A stretch of 64,000 nt of DNA, from positions 62,744,001-62,808,000 of the forward strand of contig CM059427.1 in the NCBI GenBank assembly GCA_030390025.1. The letters run 5' to 3'. The notes beneath the pieces are model-generated. The model was not told the DNA's origin. It ran no database searches and saw nothing but the letters and a program-made list of their open reading frames with translations. The position numbers and the translations under genes were made by a program. This document shows positions 14,156-26,062 of the stretch, piece by piece. The DNA is from Squalus acanthias. Lineage: Eukaryota. Within the stretch, counting starts at the first letter, position 1, and every line of letters starts with the position of its first letter.

Positions 14156-14908
14156 GGCCCAGAATTTGCAGTCAGCGGCAAAGCAAAGGCGTTGCTGTTG
14201 GCCCCGAAGTAAACTTTGCACAAAAATCTCGCGATCTCTGTGTCGAAATGTTCGAGTTTTCCGACGCGTAATTCAAATCAACGGAGTATAGTGGTAATCC
14301 CGTAGTGCGAGCTGCTGTGACGTCAACAAGCTGTCTAAGCAGCCAATCAAAACAGAGAATTCTCACAGACAACGGACCAGGAAGTGGGTAAGCTCTTAAA
14401 ATTCTAACTTTTTTAAAATGTTGGAGTGAGTAAAACAAAGATTGGGGCTCTCACATGGGGAAAAGGCAAACCTGAAATTTTGTTTTCAAAGTTTCCTAAA
14501 AATTTTACTTTTTATTAAAATGGATAAATTTGACACTGCACCAAATTAAAATTAGTTTTTCAGGGCCATAACCTTTGTTTAGCAGTCAATACACTGTTAA
14601 AACCCCAGTTACATCTAATCCCTTTGGGTCTAACTTTTAGTGGGGAATTTAACAGCGTAATTACTGCGGAAGAGCCGAAGTTTCATCAGTTTCCCTGATT
14701 TGAGAGATTTCACTGATTGCCGGCTCAGTGGGGGGTGGGGGGGCGGTGGGGGGGGCGCAGCGCAGCCTGTGGAGGAGCAGTGAGTGACAGACCGCAACTT
14801 CAGGATTTCCACACCCGTGTGCGCATGTGCCAAATCCCGAAGTTGCGGTCAGATTCGAAGGCGGAATGACGGCGAATGCTACCAGTTCACCATCGCAAAT
14901 TCTGGGCC
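14156..14908. mobile_element. PIF/Harbinger-type MITE, 753 bp
   Basis: Perfect 14-bp TIR ggcccagaatttgc / gcaaattctgggcc; TSD AAT. Confidence 0.85.
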
Positions 14909-15667
14909 AATATTAGACATGCAGAATTTTGATCCAAAATAATTGATACAACATCAATCAACACCTTGTAAGAAGTTGCTGGTTAGTTGTCTGATTATGA
15001 AAGGGATTGAAGAGGCTAAGGATAAGTGCAGGCTTTATAGGACACTGTGACTGTAGTCCTATTGGGACCGAGGGAATGCCACCTGTGGAGTACATTATAA
15101 TATGTGTTGTATTACACAGTATCATGTTCAATTAGTATACGGGAGTTTTTGCTTGATTGCCTTGAGGGGGTCAGGGAGAATTTGATGTTTTTTGTTGGAA
15201 GATTTGCCCGTCATTCTTTTAGGAGATTAAATAAATTACGCAGGGCTCTGGCAGTGCAAGTTGAACATGGTCTGCCAAAAGGAGCAAGCTCTTTTTGTCA
15301 ACCTTAGCCTTCTTTATTTGTTTGCTACCAGCATGTTGAAGCCAACACAACTCCACATCCAAATACTGAGAGGCAGGTACTGGAATGTATCAGTGCATTG
15401 TTCTCATGTGCTTTTTATTACCATCGTTATTATTTTTAATTATCTTTCTGCCAGAACAGATCTGGTATTACCTCCCACAAAGCAATTATAACAAGGCCGT
15501 ATTTGTAGCAATACAAGCATCCCTCTTGCAAATATTTGAAGATTTACTGTGGCAGGACTGACAGGAAGTGAACGTGATTGCGATGAGCGACTTGCAGTTC
15601 ATTTATTATGATGTATTGATTTGGAAAAGCTGTCTTCGGTAATCTGCTTCAGAGAGAAAAATAACAA

Positions 15668-16390
15668 GCCCAGAACTCCAGGGGTTGTTGAGGGGGGAAA
15701 TGCAGCAGGATTCTGATGGGGGTCGGCGCGCAATTTCCTGAAAGCTGCCTCACCATTTCCTGTGGAGAAATATTAACCCTCCCACTTCCCCCGCCCCCCC
15801 CCCCCCCAGACGGGAGAGGGTCAGGGGGTGGGGGGTTAAAATGTTTTAAATGGGCAATGCATTCCCAACCTGCTGTATACATGCCCATTTCCGTTTTATG
15901 AGAGGCGGAACACTTCATTAAAGTCAGCCATGATCTTATTGAATGGAGGAGCAGGCTCGCGGGGGCGTATGGCCTACTCCCGCTCCTAGTTCTTATGTTC
16001 TCAACATATTTAAATCAGGCTCCCACAGTGCAATCGGGAGCCAGATTTAAATTTAACAGGTTTCCCAGGACTCGGGGTTGAATTGGCTCAAGAAGGTAAG
16101 TGCTTTTTATAGCACTCCTTGTGGGCCAGGCAGAGCAGGAGTGCTCACCCCGTCCCCTCAAGGAAGCCTTCGGCCTCCCTTCTCCCGATCGCGGCCTCTC
16201 TCTCTCACCAAGTCCCGATCTGTAGCCCCATCCCTCCCGATTGCCACTCTCTGCCCCCGCCCCCTACCAAGCTCTGATCTCTCCTTCGGGATTGCCAGGG
16301 ACCGTCCCCAAGAGTCCCCGGCTACAGCCGCCTACTGCTGGTTTTCCTGCCCGGTTGCCGGCCAGCCTGTCGATTTGGTGGGAGAAGGCT
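15668..16390. mobile_element. Harbinger-type MITE remnant (related to 22902-23865) containing a CR1 3' tail at ~15923-16000
   Basis: Shares ggggtcagg..gggggttaaa..cccaacc..ttcc(g)gttt..agaggcgg with 22935-23025; right TIR not found. Confidence 0.5.
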
Positions 16391-16462
16391 CAAGTGGAGC
16401 ATAAACTGGTTGGGCAGGATGGCCTGTTTCTGTGCCGTGTATCCTATGTAATCCTATGTAAT

Positions 16463-18775
16463 TGCTGGATCTTGTTCTGGGGAATGAGGTAGGTCAAGTG
16501 GAGCAAGTGTCAGTAGGTGAACATTTAGTGAACAGTGATCATAGTATCATAAGGTTTAGATTAGCTATGGAAAAGGACAGGGAGCAATCTAGAGTAAAAA
16601 TGTTTAACTGGGGGAAGGCCAGTGGGATGAGAATGGATCTGGCTCGGGTAAACTGGAATCAAAGGTTGGCAGGCAAAACTGTAATGGAACAATGGGCTGC
16701 CTTTAAAGAGGAAATAGTTCAGGTACAGTTGAGGTACATTCCCACTAGGGAGAAAGGCAGGGCAACTAAAGTCAGGGCTCTCTGGATGACGAAAGAGATA
16801 GAGAATATGATGAAGCAGAAAAAGAGCACGTATGACAGATGTCAGGTTGCAAATACATCTGAGAATCAGGCTATATATAGAAAGGTCAGAGGAGAAGTGA
16901 AAAAGAAAATAAGAGGGCAAAGAAAGGGAATGAGAATTGAATGGCAGCCAACATAAAAGGTAATCCAAAAGTCTTCGATAGGCACATAAATAGTAAAAGG
17001 CTAGTAAGAGGAGGGCTGGGGCCGATTAGGGACCAAAAAGGAGACCTATGTACGGAGGCAGAGGGTATGGCTGAGGTACTAAACGAGTACTTTGCATCTG
17101 TCTTCATCAAGGAAGAGGATGCTGCCATAGACATAGTGAAGGAGGAGGTAGTGGAGACACTTGATAGGATAAAAATTGATAAAGAGGAGGTAATAGAAAG
17201 GCTGGCTGTATTTAAAGTAGATAAATCACCAGGAGCGGATGGGATGCAGCCTAGGATGCTGAGGGAATTGAGGGCAGAAATCGCAGAGGTACTGGCCATA
17301 ATATTCCAGTCCTCCATAGATATGGGAGTGGTGCCAGAGGACTGGAGAATTGCAAATGTTACACCATTGTTCAAAAAAGGGTGTAAAGATAAACCCAGCA
17401 ACTACAGGCCAGTCAGTTTAACCTCGGTAGTGGGGAAGCTTTTAGAAACAGTAATCAGGGACAAAATTAACAGTCACTTGGATAGGTGTGGATTAATTAA
17501 GGAAAGCCAGCACAGATTTGTTAAAGGTAAATCATGTTTAACCAACTTGATCGAGTTTTTTGATGAGGTAACAGAGAGGGTTGATAAGGGTAATGCGGTT
17601 GACATAGTGTACATGGATTTCCAAAAGGCGTTCGACAAAGTGCCACATAATAGGCTTGCCAGCAAAGTTGAAGCCCATGGAATAAAATAGACAGTGGCAG
17701 CATGGATACGAAATTGGCTAAGTGACAGGAAACAGAGAGTAGCGGTGAACGGTTGTTTTTTGGACTGGAGGAAGGTATACAGTGGTGTTCCCCAGGGGTC
17801 AGTTCTAGGACCACTGCTTTTCTTGATATATATCAATGACTTGGATGTGGGTGTGCAGGGCACAATTTCAAAATTTGCAGATGACACAAAACTTGGAAGC
17901 GTAGTGAACAGTGAGGAGGAGAGTGATAGACTTCAGGAAGACATAGACAGGCTGGTGAAATGGGCGGACATGTGGCAAATGAAATTTAACGCAGAAAAGT
18001 GTGAAATGATACATTTTGGTAGAAAGAATGAGGAGAGGACATATAAACTAAATGGTACAATCCTAAAGGGGGTGCATGAACAGAGAGACCTGGGGGTATG
18101 TGTGCACAAATCATTGAAAGTGGCAGGGCAGGTTGAGAATGCAGTTAAAAGGCTTACGGGATCCTGGGCTTCATAAATAGAGGTGTACAGTACAAAAGCG
18201 TGGAAATTATGATGAACCTGTATAAAACACTGGTTCGGCCCCAACTGGAGTACTGTGCCCGATTCTGGGTGCTGCACTTTAGGAAGCATGTGAAGGCCTT
18301 AGAGAGGGTGCAGAAAAGATTTATGAGAATGGTTCCAGGAATGAGGGACTTCAGTTACTTTGATAGACTGGAGAAGCTGGAGCTGTTCTCCTTAGAGCAG
18401 AGAAGATTGAGAGGACATTTGTTCAAAATCATGAGGGGTCTGGACAGAGTAGATGGAGAGAACTTTTCCCATTGGCAGAAGGGTGGAGAACCAGAGAACA
18501 CAGATTTAAGGTGGTTGGCAAAAGAACCAAAGGCGACATAAGAAAAAACATTTTTACGCAGCAAGTGGTGATGATCTGGAATGCAGTGCCTGAAAGGGTG
18601 GTGGAGGCAGATTCAATCGTGGCTTTCAAAAGGGAGTTGGATAAGTACCTGAAGGAAAAAAGATTTGCAGGGCTACGGGGAAAGGGCGGGGGAGTGGGAC
18701 TAGCTGAGAGCCGGCACGGGCTCGACGGGCTGATTGGCCTTCTTCCGTGCTCTAACCATTCTCTAACCATTCTAA
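16463..18775 (+). mobile_element. CR1 LINE, 5'-truncated ORF2 pseudogene (end of EN, RT, 3' UTR)
   Basis: ORFs 16462-16956, 16941-17690, 17694-18176 ([15 protein letters not shown]), 18200-18541; stops and frameshifts. Confidence 0.95.
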
Positions 18776-18802
18776 GGCTCACAGTTGGATTTCAGAAGGA
18801 TA

Positions 18803-19520
18803 GGCCCAGATATTCAACGGGCCCCGTTAGGCACAGAAATATAACTAAACCTAATGTTGAGACGCTACTGGACCAGATTAGATACTTATACAAGTATTTT
18901 TCATAAACCATTTAATAAATGAGCGGACACCACAGGATTCACTGTCGGGAACTACATTTACAGTCATGCACCTCTCAGTCTTTGCAACACAACAGGGAAT
19001 ATCGACATTTCAGTTACTCGTTTATTATATGGAGAAATATATGTAATGAGCCAGTATTATATGTTCCAGGATATATATTATCTAAGAATAATTTCATGTA
19101 ATTATTGAGCCTTCATAAATTATACAATGCAAATCAACCATATGTTTTTACCAATCAATCAATGGGTGAACTCCATCGCAATGATTGAAGATGATCTGTG
19201 ATAAGATCTCTTTTATCTGCATTCATATCATGAACAAATAAAAAATCGACAAACATCGGGCGGCAGCTAATTATTTTGGCACACGTACGGCAACTGTTCG
19301 GGTCACTCCTTTCTTCCCCGTTCCCCTACACTGCAAGCGGGAGACAGAGGCGACCTTTGGCCTCCTTCCGAGATTAGCGCTGTGAAGAGCGTATTAAACT
19401 AGAAAATCACCGCCACGCTGATGTTAATGAGCAGGCAGTACCAAAATGTCAGTACTGCCTGCACTCTCTCGGCCGCCAATGTTACTGGCAGGGTTTCCAG
19501 GGTTCCCCAATTTCTAGGCC
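18803..19520. mobile_element. Probable Harbinger-type MITE
   Basis: TIR ggcccagatatt / aatttctaggcc; TSD ATA on both sides. Confidence 0.55.
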
Positions 19521-19638
19521 ATAGTCTTCAATCCCTTTTTATAAGGTGTTGATTGATGCAATATCAATTACTTTGATTCAGAATCTAGTCTGCATATTTA
19601 GTACAAAGTGGAGGGGAAGAGGGGAGGGTGATTTCTTG

Positions 19639-20135
19639 ACACACACAAGCATGCGCAACACACACTCAAACATACGCGTGCTTGCATGTCCGTGCACAAG
19701 CAGCTGCATAATACACACTTATCTGGGTATGTAAACACTCACAAACAAATGCTTGCATAGACATGCACACATGAACACCTGGACACGTACCTGCATGTGT
19801 ACACGCAAACACACAGATTAAGACTCACATAGAAGCATATGCACAATTACACACACAGCATACACGTGTACATTAAATGCCTGCATGCACACACTTTTAT
19901 GCATGCATGCATGCATGCATATGCATTCTTCTACATGCGTGGCTGAACACCTGCACACACACCTACCACGTATATAACATGTACACGCACACGTTTTCTG
20001 GCATGCATGGGCATAAGCAAACATTTCTAATACACACCTGTATATACACACACTCATAAGCATATGTATGCATGCACCTACACTCACAAACACCCCCCAT
20101 CTGCTCTCATTCACATATGCAGCCAAAAGCACATA
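19639..20135. repeat. Degenerate (CA/TG/CATG)n low-complexity tract
   Basis: Alternating purine-pyrimidine sequence including atgcatgcatgcatgcatgcat. Confidence 0.85.
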
Positions 20136-21074
20136 TTTTACAATTTATGACAGTGATAGTTCACTCATAAAAATTAAAATATTAATATGTATGAGAGTAG
20201 CATGTCATGTAATGATCCAGAGCATAAGCAGTGATCCAGAATAATTTCTAACTCCTACTTAACATAACTGTAGGATAAACAGATTATAACCTGAGTTGAT
20301 TATGTATTAGAATCATCAGGAATACAATATTCAATATTGATTATGAAAGATAATTTAGTGAAAATAATAAAGGACCAAAGAAAAATTGCCATAATCCCGT
20401 GACATTTTGACGAGCACAAAATTAATATGTACAGCCTTGACTCTCCCCTGATGATTGTCATGGCTGGTAAGAAACTGATTTTACAATTGCTCGGCATTGG
20501 GAGTAATAAGAAATGGCAGCACCACTGCCAAGAGATCAGGTTCGCTCATGTCATGAGCACAACTGGAAGAAAGATAACACTGGGCTTTCAAGGAAGGATG
20601 GGCCAGTCTTTAAGGGCATGAGTCACTGTTGCTATCAAACTGGCGCCCAATTCATTTTCAGTAAAAAAAAAAGTAACACTGCTAAAGTGTGAGACTTTGG
20701 AGCAGTGTTGGGCTGGTTCCCTCCACGTCATGCTCTTTCTTTTACTATCCTGGCCACCTGGTCCAGCTGACATGCAGTGAAGTCCTGTGCGCAGTGGAAC
20801 AGGACTCCAACCAGATCATTCTTCCTTTCTTCTTTCATGTAGTTGAATTTTTTTTCTTATTTGGTCTGTTCCCTCTTTTGTTTTTATGTTCTGTCCCCTC
20901 TTTCTCTTCCGCTCTATAATCTTCTTTACTTGTATATTGCTTTCTTTCATTACTCTCATTACTCGGATGTTAATTTTTTGAGGCCTCAGTCTCTTCTTTA
21001 TGTAGAACTTGCAGGAACATCATCATGTTGCCCTCTCCCCTACCCTTTTAGGCTAAAATCTCAGTATCTCTTCA

Positions 21075-21483
21075 GGTCCCACTCCAGGGACTTGAGCTCA
21101 AAAATCTAGGCTGACACTCCAGTGCAGTGCTGAGGGAGTGCAGCACTGTCGGAGGTGCCGTCTTTCAGATGAGAGGTTAAACTGAGGCCCCGTCTGCTCT
21201 CTCAGGTGGACGTAAAAGATCCCATGACACTATTTCGAAGAAGAGCAGGGGAGTTATCCCCGGTGTCCTGGCCAACATTTATCCCTCAACTAACACCACT
21301 AAAACAGATTATCTGCTCATTATCACATTGCTGTTTGTGGGAGATTACTGTGCGTAAATATCTGTGTATTTTTCCATTACAACAGGGACTACACTTCACA
21401 AAATATTGAATTGGCTGGAAAGCGCTTTGGGACGTCCTGTGGTCACAAATGACGCTATATAAAATGCAATTCTTTCTTTCTTA
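21075..21483 (+). mobile_element. SacSINE1-like SINE, 5'-truncated
   Basis: Deu core gatgagaggttaaactgaggcccc...aaagatcccatg...cggtgtcctggcca; tail tctttctttc. Confidence 0.85.
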
Positions 21484-21566
21484 GGTCTTTCTTAGTGTAG
21501 CTATATCTAGCCATGTAAAACAACCCTGTGGTAATCCAGCTCTAACAATACTGAAGAAAACATAAT

Positions 21567-22327
21567 GGCCCGTAATTTCCGATAGGAGACTTCCTGCGTG
21601 CGGATGCCTCCTATCGGGAAAAAATCTACACTCTTACCTGAGGGCTCCCGAGGTCTGGCCATTTCCAATCTTGGGCCTCTCCATGACGAAATGCGCAGGG
21701 CCCACGTATCCCAGGGGCGCATGTGGTTCGCAAGCGTCCCTGGGATCACATGGGCCAGGCAAGCCAATGAAAGAAGGGAATCCCCCTTCATACTTTTGAC
21801 AGATAGACCTGTCAAAAGTATAAATGGGGATCGCTGAAAAAAGACATCAAAACATTAAATACATTTTTAAAAAACCATCACGTTTTTAACATGAGTTAAA
21901 TTTACATTAAATTCAATATTTTAAACAAAAACTTAATTTGTTGAAAAAAATAATTAAAGTTTTTTACAGGGCTAAAAATAAACTTAGCTTTTTTAAAAGT
22001 ATTTTCAAATTATAAATGAGTGAAAAAAAAAATTCTTTTTACTTTTTTAAACTCTTATGCTGGTAAAAGCAGGCCTTAAGCATGCTTTTGCCAGGCGTAA
22101 GATTTTTAAGTGATTTCAACGGGCGGAGGTTCTGCAGAAAGCGGAACTCTCCCCCCGCAGAGGCCTTTCTCCAGGGCAGGCGTCCGATCTGTCAAGAGGA
22201 TTCTTGACAGATCGTAAATGCCGGTTTTCAGCGCATGTGCTTCACATGCCTGAAACCGGCATTTCAGATGTCCCTACGCGTGTGTACACAGCTCGTACAC
22301 ACCCATAGGCATCGGAAAATACGGGCC
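21567..22327. mobile_element. PIF/Harbinger-type MITE, 761 bp
   Basis: TIR ggcccgtaatttccgat / atcggaaaatacgggcc; TSD AAT; AT-rich centre. Confidence 0.85.
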
Positions 22328-22901
22328 AATATTCCACCTCACCACACCCCACCCGCCCACTAGTTCAGCAGGAAGTGATCCCAGGGTAAAAAAACTGAAA
22401 GATATTTCAATTCAAACGCCCCAAAAAAGTCAGGAGCCGAAAAATGTAATCCTCTACCCCAAACATTGCACCTAATCATCTAACTCCTCTCCACCCTCAA
22501 TATGCATGTGGAGTTGCACAGCCCAATCGTTCAATGGAATCAATCATGTGCATACATTAACCTGAAAGTTTGTTCTCTAACTTAATAGAAGTTGCAAGTA
22601 GTAAAAAACCACCATCATTAACATTGATTACCACATTTCATTCTGAAGAGCTTTCCCAGGTGCCTCGGGGTATATTATACTGTAGTCAAAAAGACAGCGA
22701 TTGTGAGCTTGTAAAGACAAATTCTGTTGCAAGAAGTAGAGAGAAAGAACAAAAGATTGTTCTGAGGCTGGGATGAGGGAGGTGGTTAGTGATTCTGCAG
22801 AATTTCTAACGTAGGAAAAAACATTTTGTCACAGCGCATCTCTGGAAACCATTGGTATAGGAGGTGGGCACAGAAAGAAAAGTGCATGTATCACACACAA
22901 A

Positions 22902-23865
22902 GAGGGGAATTTTAACCCAAAAAAATGGGTGGGTTGGGGTCAGGTGGGAGGTTAAAGTGTTAAAAAACTCAATCCCGATCCCAACCCGCCTCCATCCCAC
23001 CCACTTCCGGTTTAACAGAGGCGGGACAGGGGGCAGGCAGCCAACCCGCTCCCAGGAGGTGGGTCGTCAATTTAATTATAATGAGGCTGGCGTGCCTCAG
23101 ATTTAAGCACCATTTTAAATTTAACTGCAGCTGGCCGGGTTTCGCAGGCCTTGGGGAATCCGCCAGCTAAAGTAAGGCAAGGACTGCTAGATGCAGGAGG
23201 TAAGTGCCTTTACACTTACCCCTTGGGTCCAGCGTCCCTGCCTCACCCAGCTCCACGATCGTTGATCCTCCACGAGGCCTCCGATTCCCCCCACGAGGCC
23301 TCCGATTCCCTCCCCCCCACAAGGCCTCCGATTTCCTTCCCCCCCCACGAGGCCTCTGATTCCCTCACCCCACGAGGCCTCCGATTCCCTCCCCCCCCCA
23401 CTGAGGTCTCGATCCCCCCCACGAGGCCTCTGATTCCCTCCCCCCCACGAGGCCTCCGATTCCCTCCCCCCCCCACTGAGGCCACCGATCCCCCCCACAA
23501 GGCCTCCGATCGCATTCCCGGACTCCCCCCCACAATACCGATGCTCCTCCAGCTGGCGCTGATGCTTCACCCTCCCCACCGATGATTCTCAGGCCAGCCC
23601 CAATCCTTCCCCCACCACCCCCCCACCTTTCCGATGCTCCGGCCCTGATCCTTTCCCCTCCCCCTCCCCCCCACCCATCCTCCTCCGACCAACCCTGGCC
23701 CAACCTAATCTCTCCCTCCTCTCTGCGGCCTAGTGCCGCAGTCCTACCCACCCGTAGCCAGCCAGCCTCTCCATCTGGGATGGGAAACAAAGGTTTCGGC
23801 AGGGCCTTTTCCGACTGCTTTCTCGCCCCCCTGCTCCCAACCCGCCTCCATATAAAATTCAGGCC
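22902..23865. mobile_element. Harbinger-type MITE with internal minisatellite
   Basis: Degenerate TIR gaggggaatttta / taaaattcaggcc; TSD AAA. Confidence 0.65.
23268..23512. repeat. Minisatellite, unit of about 20-27 bp (CCCCACGAGGCCTCCGATTCCCT)
   Basis: About ten tandem copies with variable C runs. Confidence 0.9.
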
Positions 23866-24363
23866 AAAGTTGGATGAGAGTCTGAAGGTCTGTAACTTCT
23901 GAGGAAACTGTAGTGATCTGCCAGTTCACTGACTGCTAATGGAGGTGAAATATATATTCATGTTGCTTTCTCAGCTGTAAAACTAACATTTCAAATAGCA
24001 AGAATACAAGAAATAACAGCATCACTTGGCCTGCTGATTTACTCATTCTCATTCTGGGAATAAAGAACCTTTAAAGTGCTTAATGGAACAGTGATAAGAA
24101 ATAAAAGCAATGTTTGCTAGTTAATTACATGAACCCAATCAGATAGGGTAGGAATTCTAGTTTGTTTTCTGAATGTATTCCCCTGGGATCTCTAGCCTGA
24201 TTCCTTTTTTGTGTTAGTTTGCCCATCAGTCTCCACTTTTTATTCATTTGAATCGGCAGCAGATCCTATTAAACTTCAATTTCCTGGCATTTGGACTAAC
24301 TCAAACGAACTGTACAGACTCCAAAATTCTTTTCAGGAACATCAAAGCAAATTAGCTGACACT

Positions 24364-25372
24364 AGAATCGTAGAATGAGACAGCACAGAAGGAGGCCATT
24401 CGGCCCATCGTGCCTGTGCCGGCTCTTTGAAAGAGCTATCCAATTAGTCCCACTTCCCTGCTCTTTCCCCATAGCCCTTTTGAGAATCATTATTGAATCT
24501 GCTTCCACCACCCTTTCAGGAGGTGCACTTCAGATCATAACAATTCCCTGCGAAAAAAAAATTTCTGCATGTCACCTCTGGTTTTCTTGACAATGATCTT
24601 AAATCTGTGTCCTCTGGTTACCAACCCTTCTGCCACTGGAACCAGTTTCTCCATATTTACTCTATCAAAACCCTTCATGATTTTGAACGCCTCTATCAAA
24701 TCTCTCCATAACCTTCTCTGCACTCAGGAGAACAACCTCAGTTTCTCCACTTTCTCCACATAACTGAAGACTTATCTGAGGAAGGATGTTCTTGCCATGG
24801 AAGGAGTGCAGCGAAGATTTATCAGACTGATACCTGGGATGGCAGGAATGACGTATGAAGAGAGATTGGGTCGATTAGGCTTATATTCGCTAGAGTTTCG
24901 AAGAATGAGAGGGGATCTCATTGAAACTTATAAAATTCTAACAGGACTAGACAGACTAGATGCAGGAAGGATGTTCCCTATGGCGGGGGAGTCCAGAACC
25001 AGAGGTCACAGTCTAAGGATAAGGGGTAAGCCATTTAGGACTGAGATGAGGAGGAATTTCTTCACCCAGAGAGTGGTGAACCTGTGGCATTCTCTACCAC
25101 AGAAGGCAGTTGAGGCCAATTCATTAAATATATTCAAGAAGGAGATAGATATATTTCTTAAGGCTAAAGGGATCAAGGGATATGGGGAGAAAGCAGGGAC
25201 AGGGTACTGAATTTGGATGATCAGCCATGATCTCATTAAATGGCGGAGCAGGCTCAAGGGGCCGAATGGCCTACTCCTGCTCCTATCTTCTATGCTTCTA
25301 TACTTTCATCCCTGGTACCATGCTAGTAAATCTCTTCAGCACCCTCTATAAGGCCTTGACATCCTTCCTAAC
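24364..25372 (-). mobile_element. CR1 3' fragment hosting a nested plus-strand CR1
   Basis: ORF 24535-24723 DLIEAFKIMKGFDRV; host sequence resumes at tcatccctggtacc (~25306). Confidence 0.8.
24770..25302 (+). mobile_element. Nested CR1 3' fragment
   Basis: ORF 24797-25210 VQRRFIRLIPGMAGMTYEERLGRLGLYSLE...; 3' UTR and tail present. Confidence 0.92.
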
Positions 25373-25941
25373 TAGCATACATACATTTCTTTAATCTCCT
25401 GCTTTCCCTCTCCCACTGAAATGAATCAAGAGGTGGACATAACCATTTCTCTTAGAATTCTTAACCGTTTTTTATATCTCTTTTCGCTGGGCTGGGTTGT
25501 CAACCCCCAACATTAAAATGTCAGAGATTGGCACTACACATTATTCCTGGATCATGTGTAGCTTTCTCTACACGTTATGCAATATCTCCTTTTAAATCCT
25601 TGATCATTTTTCTTTCATTACCCCAAGTGAAGCCATTATAAGAAAATATGCAAGCAATATAATTTCTACGAGTGGATCTTCTGCAGCATTGCTTGTGGTG
25701 AGTAGTCTCATCCCTGCCCAACCTTTGGGCCTGACTCATTGTGTTACCTTGACCTGTCTGTATGTCTCTCTGTATCTCTCCCACCCTCGATTTCTCTCTT
25801 TTTCTCTTACCTGATCTGTCCATCTTCTGCAATGTCTGCATGTCCCTGTGATCTCTGTGTCTTTGTCTGCTCTCTCACCTTTGAGGTACCTATCACTTTG
25901 TCCCTCTGTGGTCTCTCTTTCACTGATGATCTTTCAAATGC

Positions 25942-26062
25942 GGAGATGCCGCGATTCTGTATCTAATTTACTTCACCTGAGGAAGGAGCAAGAAGATAGC
26001 TCCGAAAGCTTGTGATTTCAAATAAAACTGTTGGACTATAACCTGGTGTTGTGCGACCTCTC
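25942..26062 (+). mobile_element. 121-bp Penelope-like pseudo-LTR insertion (family 2)
   Basis: 14-bp TSD gatctttcaaatgc at 25928-25941 and 26063-26076; 65 bp identical to the reverse complement of 40352-40416. Confidence 0.8.
25973..26015 (+). ncRNA. Minimal type I hammerhead ribozyme motif (family 2)
   Basis: UCAC-CUGAGGA-A-GGAGC-loop-GCUCC-GAAA-GC-UU^-GUGA; palindromic AGCU stem III. Confidence 0.75.

Noticed and set aside
16561-18289. Long minus-strand ORFs (e.g. MSSANFEIVPC...; also 39804-40070 and 43699-43965)
   Set aside because: Antisense frames of CR1 RT, recurring in every copy; not independent genes
19639-20135. Cys/His-rich ORFs
   Set aside because: Translation of the CA/TG low-complexity repeat
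23268-23512. CRISPR-like array
   Set aside because: No unique spacers and no cas genes; eukaryotic tandem repeat
23151-23902. Pro/Gly-rich ORFs on both strands
   Set aside because: Produced by the GC-rich minisatellite and MITE, which lack stop codons
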